Origin: Actinomycetota bacterium
Lineage (GTDB): Bacteria; Actinomycetota; Actinomycetes; S36-B12
Reading direction: 5' to 3'
Length of the DNA stretch: 64,000 nucleotides
NCBI GenBank assembly: GCA_016870515.1
Contig: VGBL01000002.1
Span: 65,343-129,342 of the forward strand
The position numbers and the translations under genes are program-made. How positions within the stretch are numbered: position 1 is the stretch's first letter; every line of letters starts with the position of its first letter. A model generated the notes under the pieces. That model was not told where the DNA came from, did no database searches, and saw only the letters and a list, made by a program, of their open reading frames with translations. Shown here piece after piece: positions 50,607 through 60,800 of this stretch.

Positions 50607-51641
50607 GTGACGACAACGACACCGATGCAGTTGGGGATGATCGGCTTAGGTCGCATGGGGGCCAACATCGTCCGCCGGATCATGCGCGACGGACACGCCG
50701 CCGTCGTCTACGACCGCGATCCGGCGGCCGTCGCAGCGCTGGTCGCCGAGGGAGCCGTGGGCGCATCATCGCTCGAAGAGTTCACCTCACTACTGGCCCC
50801 GCCGAAGGCTGCGTGGATCATGGTCCCGGCTGGTGCGATCACGCAGAGCATCGTCGACCAGATGGGTGCCCTCCTCTCTGCCGGCGACTCGCTCATCGAC
50901 GGTGGCAATTCCTACTACCGCGACGACATTCGACGTGCCGCCGCACTCAAGCCCAAGGGAATCCACTACATCGACTGCGGCACTTCCGGGGGCGTGTGGG
51001 GCCTGGAGCGTGGCTACTCGCTGATGATCGGCGGAGAGGACGAGCCCGTCGATCGGCTAGATCCGATCTGGTCGTCGATCGCACCCGGCGTCGCATCCGC
51101 ATCGCGCACCGGGGAGCGCACGGGTGAGTTGATCGCCGGCGAGGAGGGCTGGCTGCACTGCGGCCCCAACGGCGCCGGTCACTTCGTCAAGATGGTTCAC
51201 AACGGCATCGAATACGGCATCATGGCCGCCTTCGCAGAGGGCCTGAATATCCTCAAGCACGCCAACACCGGCTCGCGCCAGCGGACCACCGACGCCGAGA
51301 CTGCGCCATTGGAGCATCCGGAGTACTACCAGTACGAGTTCGACCTGCCCGCCATCGCCGAAGTCTGGCGTAGAGGCAGTGTCATCGGCTCGTGGCTCCT
51401 CGACCTCACCGCACTGGCCCTCAGCGAGAGCGGCGATTTGTCGGAGTTCGCGGGCCGCGTGTCCGACTCGGGAGAGGGTCGCTGGACATCCATCGCCGCG
51501 ATCGAGGAAGGGGTCCCCGCGCCCGTGCTCACCGAGGCGCTGTATTCGCGCTTCGACTCGCAGGGAATGGCCGACTTTGCTTACAAGGTTCAGTCTGCCC
51601 AGCGCAAGGCCTTCGGCGGCCACGACGAGAAGCAGGCCTAG
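50607..51641 (+). CDS. gnd: 6-phosphogluconate dehydrogenase, short (GntZ/YqeC-type) decarboxylating form
   Basis: [42 protein letters not shown] and R.AFGGH. Confidence 0.95.
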   Translation: MTTTTPMQLGMIGLGRMGANIVRRIMRDGHAAVVYDRDPAAVAALVAEGAVGASSLEEFTSLLAPPKAAWIMVPAGAITQSIVDQMGALLSAGDSLIDGGNSYYRDDIRRAAALKPKGIHYIDCGTSGGVWGLERGYSLMIGGEDEPVDRLDPIWSSIAPGVASASRTGERTGELIAGEEGWLHCGPNGAGHFVKMVHNGIEYGIMAAFAEGLNILKHANTGSRQRTTDAETAPLEHPEYYQYEFDLPAIAEVWRRGSVIGSWLLDLTALALSESGDLSEFAGRVSDSGEGRWTSIAAIEEGVPAPVLTEALYSRFDSQGMADFAYKVQSAQRKAFGGHDEKQA

Positions 51642-52927
51642 CTTAGGTCCACGCCCAGCAGGGCATCGCACGCTGCTGCCATCAAAGCCGGCGCGCCCGC
51701 GTCGCGTCCACCGCGAGACAGGGCCTCATCGCACCAGCGGTCGACGGCCGTCAGCGCACTCGGTGAGTCCAGGTCATCGGACAGGACCGCTCGCATGCGG
51801 GCCAGGGTTGGCTCAAAGTCCGGGCCGCTCTCGAGCGACGCGGCCTGTCGCCACCGAGCAAGACGTGCTTGCGCCTCCGCCAGGCCCCCGTCGGTCCACT
51901 CCCAGTCGTGCCAGTAGTGATGGGCGGCTAAGGCCAGCCGAATCGCCATCGGGTCCGTGCCAGCCTCGCGAAGGCGCGAGACGAACACGAGGTTGCCGAG
52001 CGACTTGCTCATCTTCTGCCCGTCAAGGCCAACCATGCCGGTGTGGACGTAGTGACGGGCGAAGGGCCACTCCCCTGTCATGACCTCCGCGTGCGCGGCC
52101 CCCATCTCGTGATGGGGGAAGAGCAGGTCGCTTCCACCGCCCTGGACGTCGAAGGCCATGCCGAGGGTGTCCATGGCGATCGCGACGCACTCGATATGCC
52201 AGCCGGGCCGACCGGGGCCGATGTCGAGCCCGCCCTTCCCGCTGGCTTCAGGATCCCAGGCCGGCTCCCCGGGCCGAGCCGCGCGCCACAGCAGCGGATC
52301 GAGCGCGTTGCGCTTACCCGGTCGATGCGGGTCGCCCCCTCGCTCCGCGAAGGCCTGGAGCATCTGCCCCTCGTCGAGGTGGGAGACCTCGCCGAAGAGC
52401 GGGTCTGACGTCACGTCGAAGTAGAGGTCGTCTTGGCCCGGTGGCCCGGCAGAGCCGTCCCTATCGGGCCCGACTGTGTACACAGATCCACGGGCGTGAA
52501 GCGCCTGTATGCATCGGACGACAGACGGGATCGACTCGACGGCGCCGACGTAGTGACTCGGCGCGAGGGCACGTAGGGCCTGCATGTCCGATCGGAAGAG
52601 CGCCGTCTCGCGAAGCGCGATCTCCCGCCAATCCTGGCCTGTCGCCACCGCCCGCTCTAGGATCGGGTCATCGATATCGGTGACGTTCTGCACGTAGTGC
52701 ACCGAGTGACCGGCATCGAGCCAGGCGCGCTGCACCAGGTCGAACGCCATGTAGGTGGCCGCATGCCCCATGTGCGTCGCGTCGTAGGGGGTGATGCCGC
52801 AGACGTACAGGCGCGCCTGGGCGCCCGGTGCAGTGGGACGCACCTGCCGGGTGGCCGAGTCGAAGAGGGCGAGTGGGCGACCGGCACCGGGCAGGCGGGG
52901 TACGTCAGGTGATGCCCACGACTCCAC
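51638..52927 (-). CDS. mshC: cysteine:GlcN-Ins ligase (mycothiol biosynthesis)
   Basis: [32 protein letters not shown] and KMSKS; no anticodon-binding domain; mshC-cluster synteny. Confidence 0.95.
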   Translation of the reverse strand: MESWASPDVPRLPGAGRPLALFDSATRQVRPTAPGAQARLYVCGITPYDATHMGHAATYMAFDLVQRAWLDAGHSVHYVQNVTDIDDPILERAVATGQDWREIALRETALFRSDMQALRALAPSHYVGAVESIPSVVRCIQALHARGSVYTVGPDRDGSAGPPGQDDLYFDVTSDPLFGEVSHLDEGQMLQAFAERGGDPHRPGKRNALDPLLWRAARPGEPAWDPEASGKGGLDIGPGRPGWHIECVAIAMDTLGMAFDVQGGGSDLLFPHHEMGAAHAEVMTGEWPFARHYVHTGMVGLDGQKMSKSLGNLVFVSRLREAGTDPMAIRLALAAHHYWHDWEWTDGGLAEAQARLARWRQAASLESGPDFEPTLARMRAVLSDDLDSPSALTAVDRWCDEALSRGGRDAGAPALMAAACDALLGVDLS

Positions 52928-52945
52928 GCGATGAGCCTAGTGCGC

Positions 52946-53734
52946 TCACATAGCCGGCCATGGAAGAGCGGGCCAGGCGCCAACCGGCTCGGGGAAGCAC
53001 TGCAGGTCGAGCAGGTCGCCAACGCGACGCTGCGTGGCTCGGATCTCACCGAGGCTGAGGAATTCCTCGAGGTCCTCGACCAGCTCCGCCCAGCGATCGC
53101 TGAGCGCGCGCAGGTGCCCGATGTCTTCGGGATCGATCCCGTGTCCCGCCCATCCCCAAAGCACGGTGCGGATTTTGTCTTCCTCGTGGAAGGTCAGGCC
53201 GTGGTCGATTCCATAGAGACGACCGTCGGCATCGCGCAGGGCATGGCCGCCCTTGCGATCGGCGTTGTTCAGCACGACATCGAGGAGGGACAGTCGACGA
53301 AGGTCGGCGGAGTCCTCGTGCACCAGGCGTACCAGGGACCCTTCGTAGCCCTCTCCTTCAGCAACGGTCATCCAGCCTGCAGCCGGCTCACGCTCGACCA
53401 CTCGTACGGGTGCGCGCTCGTCGTCCGCCTCAATCCATGACTGGCACATGCCTGGCCCGAAGGGCCCGCTGTCGCGCCAGACGGTCATGGGCACCAGGCC
53501 CCACCCCAGCGCCTCGGATATCCGGTGGGCGGCAACCTCGCGAAGACCCAGCGACCCGCTGGCAAAGTCCCACAGCGGGCGCTCACCTCGTCGAGGCTTG
53601 TACACGCACACAGCATCGACGCCCGAGAGCGTCGCGGTGCCACGCAACGTCGCATTCGATGCGCCGCCGAGTCGTCCTTCTATGTCGAGGTCGCCTCGGG
53701 TCAGGACGTCACGCAGATCGTCGTGCGAGATCAT
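52946..53734 (-). CDS. SCO1664 family PI3/4-kinase-like protein
   Basis: ASNAT, VYKP..GERPLWDF, REVAA, NNADRKGGH, IDHG..F and RTVLWGW. Confidence 0.92.
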   Translation of the reverse strand: MISHDDLRDVLTRGDLDIEGRLGGASNATLRGTATLSGVDAVCVYKPRRGERPLWDFASGSLGLREVAAHRISEALGWGLVPMTVWRDSGPFGPGMCQSWIEADDERAPVRVVEREPAAGWMTVAEGEGYEGSLVRLVHEDSADLRRLSLLDVVLNNADRKGGHALRDADGRLYGIDHGLTFHEEDKIRTVLWGWAGHGIDPEDIGHLRALSDRWAELVEDLEEFLSLGEIRATQRRVGDLLDLQCFPEPVGAWPALPWPAM

Positions 53735-54264
53735 GGCCGACGCCGGTAGCCATTAGCGCGCGGACAGATGTGTCCGCTCGGATCGAGTGGCTGCAGGCAG
53801 AAAGGACACGGCGGGCGCCCGGCCGCTACCAGCGCCCGCGATCGCCGGATGAACGCCCGGCACATGGCGGGCTCGAGGATGATCCGCAGGGTGTCGGCCG
53901 CGCCGTCATCGTCATCGCCGAGCTCGGCCGGCTCGCGACCCTCCATTAGCGCATGCGCCTCGGCCACCACGCGCCCAAGCGTTGGATCCCAGCCCATCGC
54001 GAGTGCGCCGACGCGGAAGTCCTCCTCGAATGGCACGTCGAGGGGCTCGTTGTCGTCCGAGTGCGTCGCACTGGAAGCACCAGCCTCGTCGAGGAGCTCG
54101 TCCAGCCGATCCGCGAGTAGCGCGACCTGAGCCTTCTCGAGAGACACGGTCGCGAGTTCGCTCCCCTGGGCTACCTGAAGGTAGAAGGTGCGCTCGCCTG
54201 GCATCCCCACGGTGCCGGAGATGAAACGGCGGGGCGCATCGAACGTCAGGATGCGGCGAGTCAC
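53731..54264 (-). CDS. DUF3090 family protein
   Basis: GTVG.PG.RTFYLQ, LEK.QV, FRVG and C-terminal GRP.CP.C..PLDP.GH.CPR.NG. Confidence 0.92.
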   Translation of the reverse strand: MTRRILTFDAPRRFISGTVGMPGERTFYLQVAQGSELATVSLEKAQVALLADRLDELLDEAGASSATHSDDNEPLDVPFEEDFRVGALAMGWDPTLGRVVAEAHALMEGREPAELGDDDDGAADTLRIILEPAMCRAFIRRSRALVAAGRPPCPFCLQPLDPSGHICPRANGYRRRP

Positions 54265-54277
54265 CGGGGCAGCCTAC

Positions 54278-54961
54278 CTAGGCTTCGCCCGCACCGCCGC
54301 CTACGGTTGCGTCGCGCGAGCGCTTACGTGAGGTACGCCGATTCAGCGATGACAGGTCACTGGCCATGTCATTGACTCTCAGAACGAAGGGTCGCAACGA
54401 CGTGTAGTGCACGACGGACACCGATGCAGGATCGATCACGATGCGCTGGAAGTGGTCGAGGTGCATCCCGAGCGCATCAGCAAGGATCGACTTGATGACG
54501 TCCCCGTGGCTTACAAGGGCGTAGACGGCCTTGTCGCCAAGGCGTGCATTCCACTCACGTACGGCGTCGACGGCGCGCGCCTGCATTGCCGGCAGCGACT
54601 CGCCGCCGGGGAAGACCGCGGCACTCGCATGCCCCTGCACGACCTTCCACATGGGCTCCTTGACGAGTTCCTTCAGCGAGCGGCCGGTCCAGTCGCCGTA
54701 ACGGGCCTCGCCGACGCGGTCGTCGATGTGCAGTTCGACCGGCCGAGGCTGAGCGCCGATCACCGCGTCGGCGGTCTCGCGCGTGCGCTCGAGCGGGCTC
54801 GACACGACGGCGCTGAGCCGGACCGGCTCGAGCCGGGCCGCTGCAGCGCGAGCTTGCTCTGCACCGGTCTCATCCAGGCTCACCCCGGGCGTCCATCCGG
54901 CCAATACGCCCTGAACATTGGCCGGTGTCCTGCCGTGCCGGACTAGAATCACCGTGGTCAC
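54278..54961 (-). CDS. histidine phosphatase, MSMEG_4193-type putative phosphomutase
   Basis: LVRHGRT.AN..G.LAG, SSPL.R, YGDWTG, SHGDVIK and MHLD.FQR. Confidence 0.9.
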   Translation of the reverse strand: MTTVILVRHGRTPANVQGVLAGWTPGVSLDETGAEQARAAAARLEPVRLSAVVSSPLERTRETADAVIGAQPRPVELHIDDRVGEARYGDWTGRSLKELVKEPMWKVVQGHASAAVFPGGESLPAMQARAVDAVREWNARLGDKAVYALVSHGDVIKSILADALGMHLDHFQRIVIDPASVSVVHYTSLRPFVLRVNDMASDLSSLNRRTSRKRSRDATVGGGAGEA

Positions 54962-55035
54962 GACCATCAGGGTAGCGAGGTGCTGTCACAATGCCAGATG
55001 GCACCGCATGACGGCGCACGAGGAATCGGGGACGC

Positions 55036-56046
55036 ATGATCCGCTGCATGGGAATCTACCGCGACGGCGTCCGCATGCCCGCTTCGGATTCAGCCATTGA
55101 CTCATCTACCCCTGCTGCCGCCAAGGCTGCGTTCGGCCTGCTGGTGAAGCAGGCAGCTGACCATGGCGGATACCCATGGCTCAGCCTGACCGATCCATCC
55201 AGTGATGAGATTGCAGCTGCCGCCGAGGCATTCGGCCTCGATACGCTGCTCGTCGAAGCGAGCTTATCTGCTCAGCAGCAAACGAAGATCGCATACACCG
55301 ACGATCATCTCTTCGTCCTACTGAAGATCCTCGAGTGGGTGGACGAGACCTCCGATGTCGAGACCGGCCAGATTGCCTGCTTCATCGGCGCTGATTACGC
55401 GATCAGCGTGTCGCACGGGCACGGCCTCGAGCCCGACCTCGCCCGTCGCCGGCTCGACGAGAACCCGACCGTGGCGGCGATCGGACCGATGTCGGTCTGC
55501 TGGGCCGTGGCGGACGTCGCCGTGGACGAGTACCTCGAAGTCGGCGACGCTATCGAGTCCGACATCGAGGAGATCGAGCAGCGAGTCTTCTCCGCCCGGC
55601 CGGCCGACGCCGCCACCCGTATCTACCGCCTCAATCGCGAGAACATCGAGATGCGTCGTGCCGTTCGCCCCCTGGCCACGGTAGCCATGCGCCTAACGAG
55701 AGGCGGCGCCGGTGACCTAACCGAACCGATCGCGCCTCACTTCCGCGATATCAGCAACCGCGTCCAGCGTGCCAACGACATGGTGGATGGCTTCGACTCG
55801 ACGCTAATGACCATGCTTATGGCGTCCACCGCCCGCCAGGACCTGCAGCAGAACCTCGACATGCGCAAGATCTCGGCTTGGGCGGCAATCATCGCGGTGC
55901 CCACGTGCATTGCGGGCGTCTATGGCATGAACTTCGATGACATGCCTGAACTGCATTGGGCCTACGGCTACCCGACCGTCTTGGCCATCATGGGCACCAT
56001 CTGCTTCATGCTGTACAGGGGATTCAAGAAGTCCGGCTGGCTCTAG
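55036..56046 (+). CDS. corA: CorA family Mg2+/Co2+ transporter
   Basis: DMRKISAW, YGMNF and MPEL.W.YGY. Confidence 0.93.
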   Translation: MIRCMGIYRDGVRMPASDSAIDSSTPAAAKAAFGLLVKQAADHGGYPWLSLTDPSSDEIAAAAEAFGLDTLLVEASLSAQQQTKIAYTDDHLFVLLKILEWVDETSDVETGQIACFIGADYAISVSHGHGLEPDLARRRLDENPTVAAIGPMSVCWAVADVAVDEYLEVGDAIESDIEEIEQRVFSARPADAATRIYRLNRENIEMRRAVRPLATVAMRLTRGGAGDLTEPIAPHFRDISNRVQRANDMVDGFDSTLMTMLMASTARQDLQQNLDMRKISAWAAIIAVPTCIAGVYGMNFDDMPELHWAYGYPTVLAIMGTICFMLYRGFKKSGWL

Positions 56047-56861
56047 GCCACCAGCACCCCGGCGGCCAGGAGCACTGCGATGAGGCCGGCAAGGGCCAGG
56101 CGATAGATGACGAACAGCAGGAACGACCGGGTCTGCAGGTATCGCAACAGCCACGCGATGACGGCGTAGCCGACCACGAAGGCAATGAGGGTCGCGACGA
56201 TCGTCGCACCCCACTGCGGGCTTGCGTCGTCGCCGATCCTGGTCGCCTCGTAGAGCCCGGAGGCCAGGACAGCGGGAATGGCGAGCAAGAACGCATAGCG
56301 CGTCGCCGCTTCGCGGGTGTAGCCCAGGGCGAGACCCATGGAGATGGTCGCCCCCGATCGCGACACCCCGGGAATCAGAGCAAGCGCCTGAGCGAACCCG
56401 AAGAGCGACCCATCGCGCGCGCCTAGGCTCGCGATGGGTCGCGTGCGCCGCCCGAGGGCGTCGCACACTCCCAGCACGATGCCGAAACCGGCAAGCATTG
56501 CCGCGGTCAGCCAAAGGTTGCGGGCCACGGTCTCGATCTGGTCGGCGAACATCAGCCCCAGCACGGCAATGGGGATCGTGCCGAGGATCACGTACCACCC
56601 CATCTTGGCGTCGTGCTCGCGTCGCAGGGACGGGTGCACGAGGGATCGCGCCCACGTGCTGATGATGCGCGCGATGTCGTGCCGGAAGTAGACGATGACC
56701 GCAGCCTCCGTGCCGATCTGCGTCACGGCCGTGAATGCCGCCCCCGGATCGCCCCACCCGAAAATCTGCGACAGCACCAGGATGTGCGCGCTCGAGGAGA
56801 TGGGCAGGAACTCGGTGAGGCCCTGAACCACCCCGAGGACGATCGCCTCGAACCAACTCAC
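56043..56861 (-). CDS. uppP: undecaprenyl-diphosphate phosphatase
   Basis: LG.VQGLTEFLPISSSAH and AL.PGVSRSGAT. Confidence 0.97.
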   Translation of the reverse strand: MSWFEAIVLGVVQGLTEFLPISSSAHILVLSQIFGWGDPGAAFTAVTQIGTEAAVIVYFRHDIARIISTWARSLVHPSLRREHDAKMGWYVILGTIPIAVLGLMFADQIETVARNLWLTAAMLAGFGIVLGVCDALGRRTRPIASLGARDGSLFGFAQALALIPGVSRSGATISMGLALGYTREAATRYAFLLAIPAVLASGLYEATRIGDDASPQWGATIVATLIAFVVGYAVIAWLLRYLQTRSFLLFVIYRLALAGLIAVLLAAGVLVA

Positions 56862-57907
56862 TCCGCGAGGCCCGCCTCGGCCAGGAGTTCGGGAATAGCC
56901 CGGACCGTCGCGATGCGCTCCTCGAGCGGCCCGGCGTAGACAGCGATCGTCAACGTGGTTACGCCAGAGTCGGCAAAGGCGGCGAGTCGATCACGAATCC
57001 GATCGCGCGGCCCGATGAGCGACGTGCGATCGATGAAGTCCAGCGGTACAGCGCCGGCAGCACCTACGTAGTCCTTGCCCAGAAAGCGATCCTGCACCTC
57101 GGCTGCAGCGTCGGCGAAGCCCATGCGCACGGCCAGAGCGTTGTAGAAGTTCTTCTCCCGAGAACCCATCCCCCCGATGTAGAGCGCGGAATAGGCACGC
57201 ACCGGGCCGGCGCAGGCCTCGAGGTCGTCGCCAATAACCACGGGCACGGTCGGCACGATGTCGAAGCCCGCGAGCGTCTGGGCGACCTTGGCCCGACCGG
57301 CCGCGATCTGCGACAGAAGCTCGGGAGCGAAGTCCGGTGAGTAGAAAATCGCGAGCCACCCGTCGGCGATCTCGCCGGCGAGCTCGAGGTTCTTGGGCCC
57401 GACCGCCGCGAGGTAGATCGGGATGCGGTCGCGCACGGGGTGCACGGTGAGGGTGAGCGCCTTGCCGGGTCCGTCAGGTAGCGGGAGGGTGAAGAACTCG
57501 CCCTCGAACGTGAGGCGCTCGCGGGCTAGGGCCTTGCGAATGATGGCGACGTATTCGCGGGTGCGCGCCAGCGGCTTGTCAAAGCGAACGCCGTGCCAAC
57601 CCTCCGACACCTGAGGGCCGGACACGCCCAGGCCCAGGCGGAATCGGCCGCCTGACAGCGTGTCGAGCGTCGCGGCCGTCATGGCGGTGTTGGCGGGAGT
57701 GCGGCCTGGGATCTGGAAGACAGCTGAGCCGACGTCGATCTGCTCGGTCTGCGCAGCCACCCAACTAAGCACCGTTGCCGCATCGGAACCGTAGGCCTCG
57801 GCCGCCCAGACGACGCTATAGCCGAGACGATCCGCCTCGCGCGCGAGGGCGAGGTTGTCGGCATCGTTGCCCGCACCCCAGTAGCCCAGGTTGAGTCCCA
57901 GCCGCAT
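56858..57907 (-). CDS. LLM-class (luciferase-like) F420-dependent oxidoreductase
   Basis: AEAYGSDA, RTP..AMTAATLD.LSGGRF.LGLGVSGPQV.EGWHG and LYIGGMG. Confidence 0.9.
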   Translation of the reverse strand: MRLGLNLGYWGAGNDADNLALAREADRLGYSVVWAAEAYGSDAATVLSWVAAQTEQIDVGSAVFQIPGRTPANTAMTAATLDTLSGGRFRLGLGVSGPQVSEGWHGVRFDKPLARTREYVAIIRKALARERLTFEGEFFTLPLPDGPGKALTLTVHPVRDRIPIYLAAVGPKNLELAGEIADGWLAIFYSPDFAPELLSQIAAGRAKVAQTLAGFDIVPTVPVVIGDDLEACAGPVRAYSALYIGGMGSREKNFYNALAVRMGFADAAAEVQDRFLGKDYVGAAGAVPLDFIDRTSLIGPRDRIRDRLAAFADSGVTTLTIAVYAGPLEERIATVRAIPELLAEAGLAE

Positions 57908-57971
57908 GTGTCCTCCTCGCCCGCGTGTCAGGCGAGCCTATCCACCCCGCGACCTCGCTAGGTTGACGTCT

Positions 57972-58937
57972 GTGGAGCGGCGTCCGCTGGGCTCGACGGG
58001 TGCGCTGGTGAGCCGTCTCGGGCTCGGCACCGTCACCTGGGGCCGAGGCATGGACCCGGGCGATGCCGACGACATGGTGCGCGCCTTCGTCGACGCGGGC
58101 GGGTCGCTCATCGAGTCCAGTGACGCGCACGCCGACGGGGCCGTAGAGTCCCTGCTCGGTAAGGTCCTGTCCCATCCGGGCTTGCGCGACGGTTGCTTCG
58201 TCGTCACGCGCGCGGGCACCGGAGGTCGGTCGCGGCGTCCCGTGGATACGTCCCGTCGGCATCTGCTGGCCTCCCTCGACGCATCCCTGTCGCGTCTGGG
58301 CGCCGGCCACATCGACCTGTGGCTATTGGACGCCTGGGACGAAGCCACCCCGATCGACGAGGCGCTCGATGCCATGGGCGTGGCCGTCATGTCCGGGCGC
58401 GTGCACTATTCGGGTATTGCCTTCGCGCGCGGTTGGCAGGTGGGCACGGCGGCCGTTTGCGCCGCGCGCCCGCCACACCACCGGCCACTTGCCGCCGCCG
58501 CGACGGCCTACTCACTCGTCATGCGCGAGGCCGAGGCTGAGATTCTCCCGGCTGCCCAGGCCCACGGCCTCGGCGTTCTCGCCTGCGCACCGCTCGGCTA
58601 CGGGGTGCTCACCGGGAAGTACCGCCACGGCACTCCTCCCGACTCGCGAGGTGCCGGCGAGAAGCACGGCCCGGGTGTACGCCGGCTCCTCGACGATCAC
58701 GGACGTCGCGTGGTCGAAGGGGTCGTGGCCGCGGCACAGGGCCTTGACGTCACACCGGCCGAGGTGTCGCTCGCGTGGGTGCGCGATCGCCCGGGGGTGA
58801 CATCGGTGGTCATCGGCGCCCGGACCGTCCATCACCTGCGCACTGCCCTGCAATCGGAGTCCGTGACCTTGCCCCACGAGATACGGTCGGCATTGGATGA
58901 GGTGTCGGCCACACGGGATCGGGTCGACTTACGGTAG
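57972..58937 (+). CDS. aldo/keto reductase family protein
   Basis: R.LG.TG..VS.LGLGT, SL.RLG..HIDL, YSL..R, PL..G.LTGKY and IGAR. GTG 57972 follows a TAGGTT -10. Confidence 0.88.
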   Translation: MERRPLGSTGALVSRLGLGTVTWGRGMDPGDADDMVRAFVDAGGSLIESSDAHADGAVESLLGKVLSHPGLRDGCFVVTRAGTGGRSRRPVDTSRRHLLASLDASLSRLGAGHIDLWLLDAWDEATPIDEALDAMGVAVMSGRVHYSGIAFARGWQVGTAAVCAARPPHHRPLAAAATAYSLVMREAEAEILPAAQAHGLGVLACAPLGYGVLTGKYRHGTPPDSRGAGEKHGPGVRRLLDDHGRRVVEGVVAAAQGLDVTPAEVSLAWVRDRPGVTSVVIGARTVHHLRTALQSESVTLPHEIRSALDEVSATRDRVDLR

Positions 58938-58952
58938 GCGAAGAGGAGGGAC

Positions 58953-59141
58953 GTGTCCAGGACCTACGAATATCGCGAGGTCTCCCTCCCCCGCGGCACG
59001 TCGCGCGACAAGGCCAGAATCGTCCTGACCGAATACGCCGAATACGGCAAGTGGGAGCTTGCCCGGCTGCGGCTGTACCCCGATGGCCGTCGTCGTGTCT
59101 GGTTGCGCAGACGTGTCATGCGCGTCTCGCGCACGCACTAG
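58953..59141 (+). CDS. small conserved actinobacterial protein (DUF5703-like)
   Basis: YEY.....PR...R....L...AEYG.WEL.R.RLY.DG.R.V.LRRR; GAGGAGG SD. Confidence 0.85.
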   Translation: MSRTYEYREVSLPRGTSRDKARIVLTEYAEYGKWELARLRLYPDGRRRVWLRRRVMRVSRTH

Positions 59142-59144
59142 GCG

Positions 59145-60470
59145 TCACTGCGTCCGCAAGAACCGGTCAAGCACGCGCACCCCGAAGCGCACGGCATCGA
59201 CCGGCACTCGCTCGTCGACTCCGTGGAAGAGCGCCGTGAAGTCCAGGTCTGGTGGCAGTTGCAACGGCGAGAAGCCGTAGCCCAGCACGCCGAGACGGGA
59301 AAACGCCTTCGCATCGGTGCCCGCCGAAAGAATGTAGGGAGCGACCACGCATCCGGGATCCTCCGCGTCGAGGGCTGCGCACATGGCATCAACCAGTGGC
59401 ACGTCGTAAGGCGCCTCCATGGCGACATCGCGGTTGATGAACTCCCGGCGCACGTTGGGGCCGAGGAGCCGGTCGATCTCGCCGAAGAACTCCCGTTCGC
59501 CACCCGGCACGAAACGCCCGTCGATCACCGCGCTGGCCTCCCCCGGGATGACATTGGCCTTGTAGCCGGCCTCGAGCATGGTGGGGTTGGTGATGTTGCG
59601 GGTGCCCGCGCCGATGAAGCGCGCGACGGGACCAAGCTGCTTCATCAGGGCATCGGGGTCCTCGAGGTCGAGTTCGAGGCCAAACGCCTCGGAGATGGCC
59701 TCCACCATCTGGTGGGCGGTCGGCGACAGCTGCACGGGCCAGCGGTGTGCGCCGATGCGCGACACGGCGGCGGCGACCTCGGTGACGGCGTTGTCCGGTG
59801 AGATCAGCGACCCGTGCCCGGCCTGCCCCTCCGCCAGGATCCGCATCCACGCGATGCCCTTCTCCGCGGTCTGGATGAGGTACATGCGGCGTCCGTCGGG
59901 GATCTGTATCGAGTAACCGCCGACCTCGCTGACGCCCTCGCTGACCCCGTCGAGGATGTCGGGTCGGTGGTCGACGATCCAGTGGGATCCGTGCTGGCCG
60001 CCCGCCTCCTCGTCGGGGAGGAAGAGGAACACGAGGTCGCGCTTCGTGCGCAATCCCGACCGCGACCAGGACCGCGCGAGGCTCAGCAGCATCGCGTCGG
60101 TGTCCTTCATGTCGACCGCGCCGCGCCCCCACACCATGTCGTCGATCACTTCGGCGGAAAATGGCGGCACCGACCAGTCGGAGGCGCGGGCGGGCACGAC
60201 GTCGAGGTGGCCGTGGAGAAGCAGACGTGGCAGAGCAGGGTCGCTTCCCGGTAGTCGCGCCGCGACCGCCTGGCGCTTGGAGGACGTCGTGGAGAAGCGC
60301 TCGGTGTCCAGGCCCGCCTCGGCAAGGAGAGACTCGACGTATTCGGCGGCGAGGGCCTCCCCCGGTCCCGCGTCGGTGCCGTCGTTGGTCGTGTCGATCC
60401 GGATGAGTTCGCGCAGGATCTCGATGACCTCTGTGTCGGCGGTGGTCGCCTCCGGCGATGTCGGGCTCAT
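59145..60470 (-). CDS. M20/M25/M40 family metallopeptidase
   Basis: HGHLDVVP, WGRGAVDMK, DEEAGG, GTDAK and FHGVDERV. Confidence 0.94.
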   Translation of the reverse strand: MSPTSPEATTADTEVIEILRELIRIDTTNDGTDAGPGEALAAEYVESLLAEAGLDTERFSTTSSKRQAVAARLPGSDPALPRLLLHGHLDVVPARASDWSVPPFSAEVIDDMVWGRGAVDMKDTDAMLLSLARSWSRSGLRTKRDLVFLFLPDEEAGGQHGSHWIVDHRPDILDGVSEGVSEVGGYSIQIPDGRRMYLIQTAEKGIAWMRILAEGQAGHGSLISPDNAVTEVAAAVSRIGAHRWPVQLSPTAHQMVEAISEAFGLELDLEDPDALMKQLGPVARFIGAGTRNITNPTMLEAGYKANVIPGEASAVIDGRFVPGGEREFFGEIDRLLGPNVRREFINRDVAMEAPYDVPLVDAMCAALDAEDPGCVVAPYILSAGTDAKAFSRLGVLGYGFSPLQLPPDLDFTALFHGVDERVPVDAVRFGVRVLDRFLRTQ

Positions 60471-60568
60471 GGGCCCATCCTGACGGAGCCAGGTGGTCGA
60501 GCGCGACAGGCGGTTGTTATCCTCGCCGTCGGCGTTTCCGGTTGATCCTCGGCCGAGGCGCCTACCCG

Positions 60569-60653
60569 GTCCGGGTGGCGGAATTGGCAGACGCGCTAGC
60601 TTGAGGTGCTAGTGCCCCAAAAGGGCATGGGGGTTCAAGTCCCCCCTCGGACA
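60569..60653 (+). tRNA. tRNA-Leu(GAG), CCA not encoded
   Basis: Acceptor GTCCGGG/CTCGGAC, D-arm GGCGGAATTGGCAGACGC, anticodon arm CTAGC-TTGAGGT-GCTAG, long variable arm, GGTTCAAGTCC T-loop. Confidence 0.96.
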
Positions 60654-60674
60654 CAGTGTGATGTCTCGGCGTCT

Positions 60675-60725
60675 CGCGCCACTTATCGACAACTAGGTGC
60701 CGCTTAGTTGTCGATAAGTGGCGCG
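60675..60725. repeat. perfect 21-bp inverted repeat with 9-nt spacer
   Basis: CGCGCCACTTATCGACAACTA-GGTGCCGCT-TAGTTGTCGATAAGTGGCGCG. Confidence 0.95.
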
Positions 60726-60800
60726 GTCTGCGGCGCAGCGCGCCGTCGTGGCGCAGGTCGCGGCGGGCCTTTGCCACGCCGGCCTCAGTAGCCTCGGCGA

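Noticed and set aside
51638-52927. Cysteinyl-tRNA synthetase call
   Set aside because: Lacks the anticodon domain and has the MshC-specific [10 protein letters not shown] motif and synteny.
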